Part shown: in pieces, positions 1 to 9,896 of the stretch | How positions within the stretch are numbered: position 1 is the first letter of the stretch | How the letters are laid out: each line of letters opens with the position of its first letter | Origin: an uncultured Actinomycetota bacterium | GTDB taxonomy: Bacteria; Actinomycetota; Actinomycetes; JAHEKZ01 | Length of the DNA: 64,000 nt | NCBI GenBank assembly: GCA_963743915.1 | Contig: CAVURN010000003.1 | Span: 160,001-224,000 of the forward strand | Direction: 5' to 3' | Position numbers and translations under genes: made by a program | The notes under the pieces: generated by a model | What the model saw: only the letters and a program-made list of their open reading frames with translations | What the model was told of the DNA's origin: nothing | The model's database searches: none

Positions 1-882
1 GACCGGTCGACAGCGTCCCGGCGATCACCGCCATGGCCAAACAGGTGGCTGCGTCGCGCCCGAGCAGCCGTCCGGCCAGGAATGCCGCGTCGAAGGTGTC
101 GCCCGCACCCACGGCATCGACGAAGTCGACCGGCGGCGTCCGCACCGCCCGGTACGTGCGCCCACCCACACGCGCCACGCCCCCGCGCTCGCCCCGCTTC
201 ACCGCCGACGTCGCAGCCGAGCTCGGCGACCGTTGCGAGCGCGCGGTCGAGGATCGGCGAGCGGGTGATCGCGGTGAGCTCAGCCTCGTTCGGCAGGAAC
301 ACGTCGGTCTCCCGCAGCAGGCTCTGGACGTCCCACCGCTCCGCAGGATCCCAGTTCGTGTCGACCGACGTGGTCGCACCTGCGGCCCGGAAGCGCCGGA
401 AGGCGTCGGGAAGGGCCTCCCGGTACTCCGGAGTCATCAGGTGGTACGACGCCGCGTGCACGTGCCGGGCCGGGATGATCAGGCAGCGCCGCCAGGTCGT
501 CCGGCGTCAGGGCGGAGATCGTGCCGGACGCCGTGAGCACCGCGCGGTCGTCCCCCCGGTTGAGGATCACCGACATCCCCGTGGGCCGGTACGCGTCGAC
601 GACCAGGTGCTCGAGGTCGACGCCCGCCTCGGCGAGCTTCACCGTCATCAGCCGTCCGAGGTCGTCGTTGCCCACCACCGCGCACAGACCGACCCGCAGA
701 CCGAGCCGGGCAGCCCCCATCGCGGTGATGGCGCCCGAGCCGCCCACCACCAGCGCCGCGGAGTCGACGAGCTGCTCCGCCTGCCCGAACCGCGGTTCGA
801 GGTCGGGCGAGGAGACGATCACGTCGGGGTTGGCGTCCCCCACGACGAGGAGGTCGAGCTCGGCCACTCCGCTCTCGGCCAC
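1..882 (-). CDS. PfkB-family carbohydrate kinase (frameshift ~465; runs off the left edge)
   Basis: N-terminal 'LLVVGDANPD...GGSGAITAMGAARLG...VGNDDLG'; C-terminal PfkB signature 'VDAVGAGDTFDAAFLAG' at ~75-130 in another frame; GTG start at 882 with GAGGA upstream. Confidence 0.9.
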
Positions 883-904
883 GGGGTCCTCTCGTCCAGG
901 GCGG

Positions 905-2212
905 TCAGTGCAGATAGCTCGGAAGGTGCTCGCGCTGTGCGTCCACCATCTCGTCGAACATCTCACGGATCTGCTGCAGCTCGCACGCCGCTGCCGTCAG
1001 CGGGTCGAGCATCAGTGCGTGCACGGCCGCCTCACGGTCCCGCTCCAGGATCGAGGTCACCGCCAGGTCGTTGAACTCCTGGTGGCGCCGGACCAGGGAC
1101 GCCAGATGCGGCGGCAAGGAGCCGAACGGCTGCGGGTGGATGCCGTCGGCGTCCACCACTGCTGCGACCTCGACCGCGTTGTCAGGAAGCAGGTTGTCGA
1201 CCCAGCCCTCGTTGGGCGTGGTCACGTAGACCGTCGTGGGAGTCCCGGAGGTCATGGCCTCGACGATGTGCGAGGGGTACTCACCGCCGCGTTCCATCGG
1301 GAACTCGCGCGTGCCGTCCAGCACCGCGCGCAGCATCTCGTCGTTCTCGCGACGCCACGTCGGCCAGTTGTGCGCATAGAAGCCGGACTCGCCGATGTAC
1401 TCCTTGCCCGTCCACCGCTTCACGAGGTCGGGGTGGGTGCGGAAGTAGGGCAGGTACTCCGAGACGTGACCGCTGCTCTCGGTGGGGAACGCCCCGAGCT
1501 GGTACATCAGCTCGAACCGCACCGGGTCCTGCTCGAGCACCTCGGGGATGCGACCACGTTCGCGCAGCATCGGGTAGAGGTCCTCACCGTTGCGTGTCAG
1601 CTCGACCAGCCACGCCAGGTGGTTCACACCGGCGGCCCGGAACTCGATCTCCTTCTTGTCGAGCTGCAGGTAGTCGGCGAGGTTCTCGACGGTGTAGTGC
1701 ACCGAGTGGCACATGCCCCACACGGGGATCTGCGACGCCCGGGACGCCGCGAGCACCGTCATCGACATCGGGTTCGTGTGGTTGAGCACCATCGCGTCCG
1801 GGCAGAGCCGTTCGACGTCGGCGAGGATCTCCAGGAAGGTCGGGATCGTGCGGAGCGCCTTGAAGAGGCCCCCGGGGCCGATGGTGTCGCCGATGCACTG
1901 GTCGACGCCGTACTTCATCGGGATGTCGTAGTCGAAGCCCACCGTGGCCAGGCCGGCCACCTCGATGGTGCTGATGACGACGGTCGATCCGGGCAGCAGC
2001 TCGGTCCGGTCGACCGACGACTTCACCGTCCAGTCGCGGCCCGAGCGCTCGATCAGGTAGTCGGCGAACCGGTGAGCGAGCGCCAGACGTTCGGCGTCGA
2101 TGTCGACCAGACGGAACTCACCGGCGTCCAGCCCAGGGGCCGACAGGAAGTCGGTCATCAGCTCGGCGGCGAACACGGTGCTGCCGGCACCGATGATGGT
2201 GAGGACGGTCAT
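905..2212 (-). CDS. melA: GH4 NAD+/Mn-dependent glycosidase, alpha-galactosidase (MelA) type
   Basis: 'IIGAGSTVFA', 'QCIGDTIGPGG', 'LNHTNPM', 'GMCHSV', 'AGVNHLAW', 'TESSGHVSEYLPYF'. Confidence 0.85.
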   Translation of the reverse strand: MTVLTIIGAGSTVFAAELMTDFLSAPGLDAGEFRLVDIDAERLALAHRFADYLIERSGRDWTVKSSVDRTELLPGSTVVISTIEVAGLATVGFDYDIPMKYGVDQCIGDTIGPGGLFKALRTIPTFLEILADVERLCPDAMVLNHTNPMSMTVLAASRASQIPVWGMCHSVHYTVENLADYLQLDKKEIEFRAAGVNHLAWLVELTRNGEDLYPMLRERGRIPEVLEQDPVRFELMYQLGAFPTESSGHVSEYLPYFRTHPDLVKRWTGKEYIGESGFYAHNWPTWRRENDEMLRAVLDGTREFPMERGGEYPSHIVEAMTSGTPTTVYVTTPNEGWVDNLLPDNAVEVAAVVDADGIHPQPFGSLPPHLASLVRRHQEFNDLAVTSILERDREAAVHALMLDPLTAAACELQQIREMFDEMVDAQREHLPSYLH

Positions 2213-2213
2213 G

Positions 2214-3105
2214 TCACTTGCCTCCCGTCAGGGTCAGGCCGGTCACGATCCAGCGCTGAGTGGCGATGAAGAAGATGAGCACCGGAATCACCATCAGCAC
2301 CGAGGCCGCCATCACGAGGTTCGTCTGCGCCGAGTGCTGGGTGGAGTACCAGCTCAGGATCACCGGAATGGTGCGCTTCTCGTTCTCGGTGAGGACGATG
2401 AGCGGCCACAGGTAGGCATTCCAGTGGAACATGAAGGTGAGCAGCCCCAGCGTGGCCAGCGCCGGCTTGATCTGCGGCAGCACGACCGAGCGGTAGATCC
2501 GGAACTCCGACGCCCCGTCCACCCGGGCAGACTCGATCTGCTCGTCGGGCAGTGACCGGATGAACTGCCGCATGACCAGGATGGCGAAGGGGTCGATCGC
2601 TGCGGTGACGATCAAGCCCCAGAGGTTGTTGAGCAGCCCGATCTCGACTCAGGATCAGGTAGTTGGGGATCATCAGCACGCTGGCCGGCACCATCATCAA
2701 CGCCATCAGGTACCAGAACAGGATGTCGCGTCCCCGGAACACGTACTTGGCGAAGATGTAGCCGAGGACCGAGGAGGTGAAGAGCGTGATGACGACGTTG
2801 CTGACCGCTACGAAGAGAGAGTTCCGGTAGAAGGTCCACAGCGGCAGCGTCGGGTCTTCGAGGATCGTGGTGAAGTTCTCGAGCGTCCACTCCTGGGGGA
2901 GGAAGGTCGGGGGAATCTGCCGGATGTCCGGACCGGTCTTGAAGGCGCCGAAGATCATCCACAGGAACGGCAATGCCGCGATGACGGCACCCACGACCAG
3001 CACCACGTACATGACGATCCGGCCGACAGGAACCCGCTTGCGCGGCGGACGGACGACCGTGATGTCGGACTCGCGTGGCAGCTCTGCTGCAGAGACGACG
3101 GCCAT
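2214..3105 (-). CDS. Carbohydrate ABC transporter permease, MalG-like (frameshift ~2645)
   Basis: 'LPFLWMIFGAFKT...WTLENF...YRNSLFVA' and EAA loop 'EQIESARVDGASEFRIYRSVVLP' split over two frames. Confidence 0.92.
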
Positions 3106-4121
3106 CAGTACGACCACTTCGTCCGGAGCAGCCGCGACTGCAGCAGAGTGATCAGCAGGACGATCGCCAGCAGCACGAGTGACTCGGCGGCTGCCCAGCC
3201 CATGGACTGGAAACGAAAGGCGTTCTCGTAGATGTCCAGCGACATCACCCGCGTCTGGTTGTCCGGGCCACCCAGCGTCATCACCTGGAACAGGTCGAAC
3301 ACCTGGAACGACGAGATCATCGTCAGGATCGCCACGAGCAGGATCGTGGGCTTCAGCAGCGGCAGCGTCACGTACCGGAACCGCTGCCAGGCGTTGGCAC
3401 CGTCGAGCAGCGAGGCCTCGTTCAGCTGACGTGGGATGCCCTGCAGCGCAGCGATGAAGATGACCAGGTTGTAGCCGATGTCCATCCACAGGTAGGTGAT
3501 GGTCACCGCGATCAGGGCGATGGGGACACCGAGCACGGTCAGGGTCGGGTCGTTCAACCACGAGATCACGGTCGTGTCGCCGGTGAACTTGGTGATGAGG
3601 CCGTTGAGCAGCCCGTACTGCGGGTTCAGCACGTACTGCCAGATCACTGCCACGGCGACGGCGGATGTCAGCACCGGCATGAAGAAGACGGTGCGAAGGA
3701 ACGGACGCAGGCGTCGGGCGGCCGACTCGATCATCACCGCCAGCGGCAGCGTGATGAGCAGGTTGAGCGGCAGCACCAGGAAGGCGAAGACCAGGGTGAC
3801 GATGACCGACGTCTGAAAGGTCTGCGTCAGCTGGGACGCCTGGTCGGAGAAGTCGAAGAGCTGCTGGAAGTTCTCGAGCCCGACGAACGGGTTGTCGCCC
3901 CCGAGGCCGCCGATCGTGGCGCCCTCACGTCGCGGACTGTAGTTGAAGAGCGAGAGCGCGAACACCCACACCAGCGGCAGCAGCGTGAAGAACGCAAGGT
4001 AGACCAGGATCGGCGAAAGGACGATCGTGCGGAACCGGCGCTGAGGTGCGTCCAACGCCCCCCGTGACCGACGCGACGGAGGCGGGGTCACGGGGGGGCG
4101 GACGGCTGTCTCGGCTGACAT
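3105..4121 (-). CDS. Carbohydrate ABC transporter permease, MalF-like
   Basis: 'FVGLENF', EAA loop 'LNEASLLDGANAWQRFRYVTLPLLKP', several TM helices. Confidence 0.95.
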   Translation of the reverse strand: MSAETAVRPPVTPPPSRRSRGALDAPQRRFRTIVLSPILVYLAFFTLLPLVWVFALSLFNYSPRREGATIGGLGGDNPFVGLENFQQLFDFSDQASQLTQTFQTSVIVTLVFAFLVLPLNLLITLPLAVMIESAARRLRPFLRTVFFMPVLTSAVAVAVIWQYVLNPQYGLLNGLITKFTGDTTVISWLNDPTLTVLGVPIALIAVTITYLWMDIGYNLVIFIAALQGIPRQLNEASLLDGANAWQRFRYVTLPLLKPTILLVAILTMISSFQVFDLFQVMTLGGPDNQTRVMSLDIYENAFRFQSMGWAAAESLVLLAIVLLITLLQSRLLRTKWSY

Positions 4122-4136
4122 GGTTCGGCGTCCTCG

Positions 4137-5426
4137 CTAGAGGGCGTTCGCCTCCTGCTCGATCGACGCCAGCGCGTCCGCGGTGCTCTTCTGCCCGTTC
4201 AGCACGTCGAGCACGTTGGGCACGATGATCTTGTAGAAGAGCCGGTCACGGTCAGGCAGGCTACCGAGGTACTGAGCGTCGCCGAGGATGTTGAGCCACG
4301 GCTCCATGAACGGCGGCGTTGGCGACGAGCTCGTCGCGCGCCGTCCCCTCCGCGTTCTCCTTGAGTGCGGGCAGCGTTCCGGTGCCGAGGTTCCATTGCA
4401 GGGCGTTGTCGGCGTTGTTGGCGACGTAGTTCACGAAGTCCCACGCCAGCTCCTGCTCCGGGCTGTTCGACGAGACGGTCAGGCCCCAGCCGGAGTCGGC
4501 GGCGAAGTTCCCGTTCTCGAGCGTCGGCAGTGCCACGTACTCGGTGACCGCCGCGACCTCGGGAAAGTCGGCTTCGTACTCGGGCACGACCCACGGCCCG
4601 ACCAGGCCCATGGCGCACAGCTCGGTGAAGAAGCAGTCGCCCACCCAGTTGGCGGTGTCGGTGTACAGCGTCGGGATCGACGATGCCCTCGTCGACGAAG
4701 CTCTTCATCAGGTCCATCGACGCGGTCGCTTCCGGCGTCTGGAAGGTGAAGGTGCCGTCGTCGGCCAGATAGCTGCCACCGTTCTGCAGGATCAGCGACA
4801 GGAAGGTGTACGAGATCCCGTCGTTGGTGGTGAAGTGGTAGCCGGCGCGCGTGATCTCGCCGTCCTCGGTGACGGTCATCGCCTTGGCGTCGGCCTTGAA
4901 GTCGTCGTAGGAGTCCCAGCCGTCGAGGGCCACGTCGGCGTCCTCGGCCATCGCGGTGTTGACCAGCGTGGCGCCGTACTCGACGTTGGACTCCTGCGGC
5001 ATCCCGTAGAGCGCGTCGTCGCACTGGTAGCCGCCGAGCGGGCCCGGGAAGAACGCGCTCCTCCGCATCGGCCGAGGAGAGCACGTCCTCGGGCACGGTG
5101 GACAGGTTCGACGAGTAGCTGCACGTCCAGCTGCCGAACATCTGCAGGATGTCAGCCTCGTTGCCGGCGGGCAGCGATGTCTGCAGCGTCTGGATGTAGG
5201 TGTCGTAGTCGAATGTCTCGAGCTCGATCTGCGCGTCAGGGTTCTCCGCCTCGTACGACGCGATGAGCGCCTCGTACGACTTGTTGAACGACTTGTTGAT
5301 GTGCGTCCAGATCGTGATGGTGCCGCCCGGAGCCGCAGCGTCCTCGTCGTCGTTGGAGGAAGAGCAGCCGGTCGCCAGCAAGGCGAGCGCCATCGCTCCC
5401 ACCGCAAGGGTTCGTGCGCTTCTCAT
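4137..5426 (-). CDS. Sugar ABC transporter substrate-binding lipoprotein (frameshifts ~5060, ~4670, ~4310)
   Basis: Lipobox 'LLATGC', 'GTITIWTH...IASYEAENPDAQIEL', 'DALYGMP', 'GWGLTVSSNS...AWDFVNY'; C-terminus 'EQEANAL*' ends at 4137. Confidence 0.9.
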
Positions 5427-5439
5427 GCTTCCTCCTCGT

Positions 5440-6455
5440 TCAGGACGTCTCGGGCGAGCCGTCCAGGTGGATCACTGCTGTCAGGTGTCGGGGATGGTCG
5501 GGATCGAGCCCCTTGGCGAGCGAACGCTCGAGGGCGAGCAGCTGCAGGGGCAGCAGGTAGAGGGCCGGGGCGGCCCAGCTGGGGACCTGCGGGGGGATCT
5601 GGTCGGCCGAGCCGATGGTCACCAGGTGCGCCCCGAACGGCGCGATGTCGGTCGAGCACCGCCTGCTCGAGCGGTGCCCGCTCGCGTGAGAGCAGCGCGA
5701 TGACGACGGCCGAGGCGTCGCACATCGACATGGGCCCGTGCCGGAACTCCATGGAGTGGTAGGCCTCGGACGCCGTGAGCGACATCTCCTTGAGCTTGAG
5801 CATGCCCTCGGACGCGATGCCGAAGAGCGGTCCGGAGCCGAGGAAGTAGAACGCCTCGATCGAGGAGTCGCGCCGCGAGGGCAGCCATCGCGTCCCGCGA
5901 GTGGGTGAGGATTCCGGCGGCAGCTGAGGGAAGGGTGTCGAGCACCCCGAGGTCCGCTCCGCGCAGGGCGCCGGCCACCGCGGAGGCGATGACCTGCATC
6001 GAGGTGAACGAGCGCGTCTGCGCGACGGACTGCTCGGCCGCAGCCGGGGCTGCCCAGACGACGTCGGAGGCATCCGCCAGGGCCGAGTCGGGATAGCAGG
6101 TGACGGTGGCCACGCGGGCACCGCCGAGGCGTCGGAAGTGCTCGACCGCCCGCACCGTCTCCGTCGTCGTCCCCGATCGCGAGATGGCCAGCAGCAGGGT
6201 CCGCTGCGGGTCGACCAGCCGTGGCTGCGCCTGCTCGAGCAGCTCGGACGCCGGCAGCGCCCAGGCGCGACGACCGGCGTCCCGCAGCAGGGCGGCCGCG
6301 GTCATCGCCAGGTAGTGCGTGGACCCGCAGCCGGTCACGAGCACGTCGGTGATGCCGTCGAAGGCGGAGACGAACGAGAGGGGGTCGAGCGCGTCGAGCG
6401 TCTGCTGCCACACCTCGGGCTGCGACAGGATCTCCTTCTCGGTGTGCGTCGTCAT
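5440..6455 (-). CDS. SIS-domain sugar-phosphate deaminase/isomerase, AgaS/GlmS-C-terminal-like (frameshifts ~5880, ~5655)
   Basis: 'TEKEILSQPEVW', 'VTGCGSTHY', 'AISRSGTTTET', 'EQSVAQTRSFTS', 'LGSGPLFGIASEGMLKLKEMS', 'EFRHGP', 'KGLDPDHPRHLT'. Confidence 0.9.
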
Positions 6456-7234
6456 GGGGCCAGCTCCGCGACGACGACCTGGGTACCGGCGGCTCGCAGC
6501 TCGTCGATGACAGCGGGCGGAGCGCCGGGATCGGTGACCACGGTGTGTAGCGCGTCCAGCGGGACGACCTGCCGGGTGCTGACGCGCCCGAGCTTGGTGT
6601 GGTCGGCGAGCACGACGGTGCGTTGCGCCATGGCGATGAAGGCCGAGTCGGTGGCCGCCTCGACATCGCCGTCCGCGGTGAACCCGTGCTGGCTGTCGAG
6701 CGCGGGCACGCCGAGGAACGCGGTGCTGGCCCGGTAGGAGCGAATGCCGTCGACGGCACGCGGGCCGACGAGCGAGAGCTCGGGCGCACGCAGCGTGCCG
6801 CCGACCACGATCACCTGTCCGCGCTGACCCCGGGAGAGCTCGCTCGCCACCGGCAGCGAGTTGGTGACGACGGTGACGTCCGCGTCCACGCAGCAGCTCG
6901 GCCAGGCGCAGCGTGGTGGAGCCACCCCCGAGGAAGAGGGTGTCTCCCTGACCGACCATGGTGGCGGCGACCCGCGCGATCGCCTTCTTCTCCAGCACCT
7001 GCACGACTGCTGCGCGCCGGGAAAGGCAGCTCACGGACCTGGGTGGCGACCGCGCCGCCGTGCGTGCGCTGCACGACCCCGGAGCGCTGCAGGGCATCGA
7101 GGTCGCGGCGCACCGTGGCCTCGCTCACCCCGAGCCGGTCGGGTCAGCTCGCCGATGGTGACGGCGTCCGCACCCTCCAGCATCTGCTGGATCTGCGCCA
7201 GCCGGCTGACCCGCAGGGTGGATCGGCTCGCCAT
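6452..7234 (-). CDS. DeoR/GlpR-family transcriptional regulator (frameshifted)
   Basis: HTH 'SEATVRRDLDALQRSGVVQRTHGGAV'; sensor domain 'GDTLFLGGGSTT', 'VTVVTNSL', 'VLADHTKLG'. Confidence 0.92.
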
Positions 7235-7270
7235 GCTCGGATCCTGCTCGTTTCTGCGTCGAATCTGTCA

Positions 7271-7289
7271 AGAACTTTCAGGAAGTTCT
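7271..7289. promoter_or_regulatory. Perfect 7-5-7 inverted repeat, candidate operator in the divergent sugar-cluster promoter
   Basis: AGAACTT-TCAGG-AAGTTCT between deoR (7234) and the ABC ATPase (7375); a second palindrome GTGAGCG-TTT-CGCTCAC lies at 7329-7345. Confidence 0.55.
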
Positions 7290-7374
7290 GGTCGAACTGG
7301 TACTTCGTGCGGCAGAATCACGGACGCCGTGAGCGTTTCGCTCACTGCTTCGGCCCCGGCCGTCAGGAGGTGAC

Positions 7375-8516
7375 ATGGCCCCGATCGTGCTCGAGGGCGT
7401 CACGAAGGTCTTCCCGGACGGCACCACCGCCGTGCGCGAGGTCGACCTGACCGTGGCGTCCGGGGAGTTCATGGTGCTCGTCGGACCGTCCGGCTGCGGC
7501 AAGTCGACGCTGCTGCGGATGATCGCCGGGCTCGAGCAGACCACCGAGGGACGCATCCTGATCGGCGACCGGGACGTCACGCAACGCCGCACCGCGGGAC
7601 CGCGACGTCGCGATGGTGTTCCAGAACTACGCGCTCTACCCGCACATGTCGGTGCGCGACAACCTCGGCTTCTCGCTCAAGGTCGGGGGCACCCCGAAGG
7701 CCGAGCTGCGCGAGCGGGTCGACGAGCGTGGCGTCCATGCTCGGACTGAGCGACTACCTGGACCGCAAGCCAGGACAGCTCTCCGGCGGTCAGCGGCAGC
7801 GCGTCGCGATGGGGCGCGCCATCGTCCGTCAGCCGACGGCGTACCTGATGGACGAGCCGCTCTCGAACCTCGACGCCAAGCTGCGCGTCTCGATGCGGGC
7901 CGAGCTGACCAACCTGCACAAGCGGCTCGGCGTCACCACGGTGTACGTCACGCACGACCAGATCGAGGCCATGACCCTCGGTCAGCGCGTCGCGGTGATC
8001 GAGGAAGGCACCGTGCAGCAGGTGGCACAGCCGCAGGAGCTCTACCGGCGTCCGGCCAACGTCTTCGTCGCCACCTTCATCGGTTCACCGTCGATGAACG
8101 TGGCGCAGGCCGAGGTCGTCGACGACACGCTCCGGTTCGGCGCTTTCACGCTGCCGATCCCCGAGCGGCTGCGCCCGGTCGTCGGCACCCGCTCGACGGT
8201 GATCGCCGGGCTCCGCCCAGAGGCGTTCAGCACCGCCGGCTCCGGCGTCCAGGTCACCGTCGACGCTGCCGCCGTCGAGAACCTCGGCACCGAGTCACAC
8301 GTCTTCTTCGGCGTCGACGCCCCGCCCGTGGGCGTCGCCACGCACCGCGTGGTCGACGACTCCGGTCCGGCGATCGTCGAAGGGACATCGACGGTGTTCA
8401 TCGCCCGGCTCGGGCCAGACTCCGAGGTGCAGCCTGGCTCCACGCTCACCCTCTGCGTCGACGCCGAGCGCCTCTACCTCTTCGACGCCGACACCGGCGT
8501 CACCCTGCTGGCCTGA
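7375..8516 (+). CDS. Sugar ABC transporter ATP-binding protein, MsmK/UgpC-like (frameshifts ~7590, ~7725)
   Basis: Walker A 'GPSGCGKST', '[12 protein letters not shown]', '[15 protein letters not shown]', '[13 protein letters not shown]', 'VTHDQ'; AGGAGG RBS. Confidence 0.95.
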
Positions 8517-8520
8517 CAAC

Positions 8521-8605
8521 GCCGAGTGCGGTGCTGGTTGACGGCTCCGCCGTCAACCAGCACCGCACTCGGCAGGCTGTGACGTCAACCAGCACTGCAC
8601 TCGGC
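8521..8605. repeat. REP-like palindrome: perfect 25-bp-arm hairpin plus a third arm copy, between convergent genes
   Basis: GCCGAGTGCGGTGCTGGTTGACGGC-TCC-GCCGTCAACCAGCACCGCACTCGGC (8521-8573); extra arm at 8583-8605. Confidence 0.85.
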
Positions 8606-8612
8606 GGGCCCT

Positions 8613-8882
8613 TCAGCCGGCGAGGATCTTGGCCTTCTCCGACTCGAACTCGGCCTCGGTCAAGATGCCCTGAGCCTTCAGCTCACCAAGCTCCTTGAGC
8701 TTGGTCAGCTTGTCGTCGCCGCCGGACGCCGGAGCGGCCGCTGGCGGCGGAGGGGGCGGGGCCTGCTGCTGGTCCTGCTGTGCCCACTTGTTGGCCTGGC
8801 GGCGGGACACGTTGTTGGACACGTGGGTCGCGGTACCGGCGATGACCGCCGTGCGGGCGACGCCTCGGATGAGACCTGGCAT
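8613..8882 (-). CDS. Small SHOCT-domain protein
   Basis: '[29 protein letters not shown]', Pro/Gln linker, C-terminal SHOCT '[26 protein letters not shown]'. Confidence 0.9.
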   Translation of the reverse strand: MPGLIRGVARTAVIAGTATHVSNNVSRRQANKWAQQDQQQAPPPPPPAAAPASGGDDKLTKLKELGELKAQGILTEAEFESEKAKILAG

Positions 8883-8900
8883 GAGCGGCTCCTTGTCAGT

Positions 8901-9344
8901 TCAGTCTTCGATGCCGAGCGCGGCGAGCAGCGCCTGGACCGGGATTCGTCCGGCGGCCACCAGCTGACCGCCGCCACGCCGCACCGCTGCCGCGAACGGC
9001 GCCGCCCAGCGGTTCTCGTACACCAGCAGGGCGGCCGAGCTGCCGCCCTCGACCGCCGCGGCGGCCTCGTTGATGTCGTCCTCGCCGAGGATGCCCGAGG
9101 ATGCGCCCTCGAAGATGGCCAGGTCGAGCGACCCGTCACCGTCGAAGTCGGCGATCTCGACGACCGCCACCGAGCCGTCCTCGGCCTTGGTGAAGAACAC
9201 CAGGTCGAGCAGCCGGATGATGCCGCGGTCGACCAGATCGACCAGGATCGGCAGTCCCTCCCCAGTCATCCTGTTGCCGGGGAACTCCACGACGATGTAG
9301 TCGATCGGTCCCAGCTCGTCCACGCTGACATCCGCGATGCTCAT
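8901..9344 (-). CDS. DUF6325 (DUF1269-like) family protein
   Basis: 'LGPIDYIVVEFPG...LVDRGIIRLLDLVF...SSAALLVYENRWAAPF...GRIP'. Confidence 0.85.
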   Translation of the reverse strand: MSIADVSVDELGPIDYIVVEFPGNRMTGEGLPILVDLVDRGIIRLLDLVFFTKAEDGSVAVVEIADFDGDGSLDLAIFEGASSGILGEDDINEAAAAVEGGSSAALLVYENRWAAPFAAAVRRGGGQLVAAGRIPVQALLAALGIED

Positions 9345-9376
9345 CGAGGGCGCCTTCCTGTTCTCGAAGTGTGGTC

Positions 9377-9781
9377 CTAGACCTTGGTGATGTCGCGTCC
9401 GTGCGCCGTCACCGACCAGATGATGAAGACGTTGAGGATGATGATGATGATGCTCCACCACGGCTGGTAGGGCAGCCACAGGAAGTTCGCCACGGCACTG
9501 AGCGAGGCGATGATCACGGCCAGGGTGCGGGCCCAAATGGCACCCTGCAGCAACGCAAGGCCGGCCAGGAACAGGATCACGCCCATGAGCAGGTGGATCC
9601 AGCCCCACGTCGTGGTGTCGAACTTGAAGACGTACTCGGATCCGATGACGAAGGTCTCGTCGTTGACGAGAGCCGCGATACCGGCGAAGAACTGGAAGGA
9701 GCCGACGATCATCAGGATCACGCTGGCGAACATGCTGCCGGCGACTGCGGCGCCGCTGTACCCACTGCTTTCGGACGACAT
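9377..9781 (-). CDS. DUF7144-like 4-TM membrane protein
   Basis: 'FASVILMIVGSFQFFAGIAAL...FDTTTWGWIHLLMG...WLPYQPWWS'; GAGGAGG RBS. Confidence 0.8.
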   Translation of the reverse strand: MSSESSGYSGAAVAGSMFASVILMIVGSFQFFAGIAALVNDETFVIGSEYVFKFDTTTWGWIHLLMGVILFLAGLALLQGAIWARTLAVIIASLSAVANFLWLPYQPWWSIIIIILNVFIIWSVTAHGRDITKV

Positions 9782-9863
9782 TTGTGCCTCCTCGAACGTC
9801 CGGCCCCCTACCGGTGGCCATGAGCCTGCCCTGTCATGGTCCAGCGACACAAGTACCGACACA

Positions 9864-9880
9864 TCACCCCGATGGGATCA
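9864..9880. promoter_or_regulatory. 17-bp TCACCC-N5-GGATCA site (recurring motif, copy 1)
   Basis: Upstream of the DUF7144/DUF6325/SHOCT operon, 22 bp from a minus-strand GACCAT -10-like hexamer. Confidence 0.6.
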
Positions 9881-9896
9881 ACAACCCGACGGCAGC

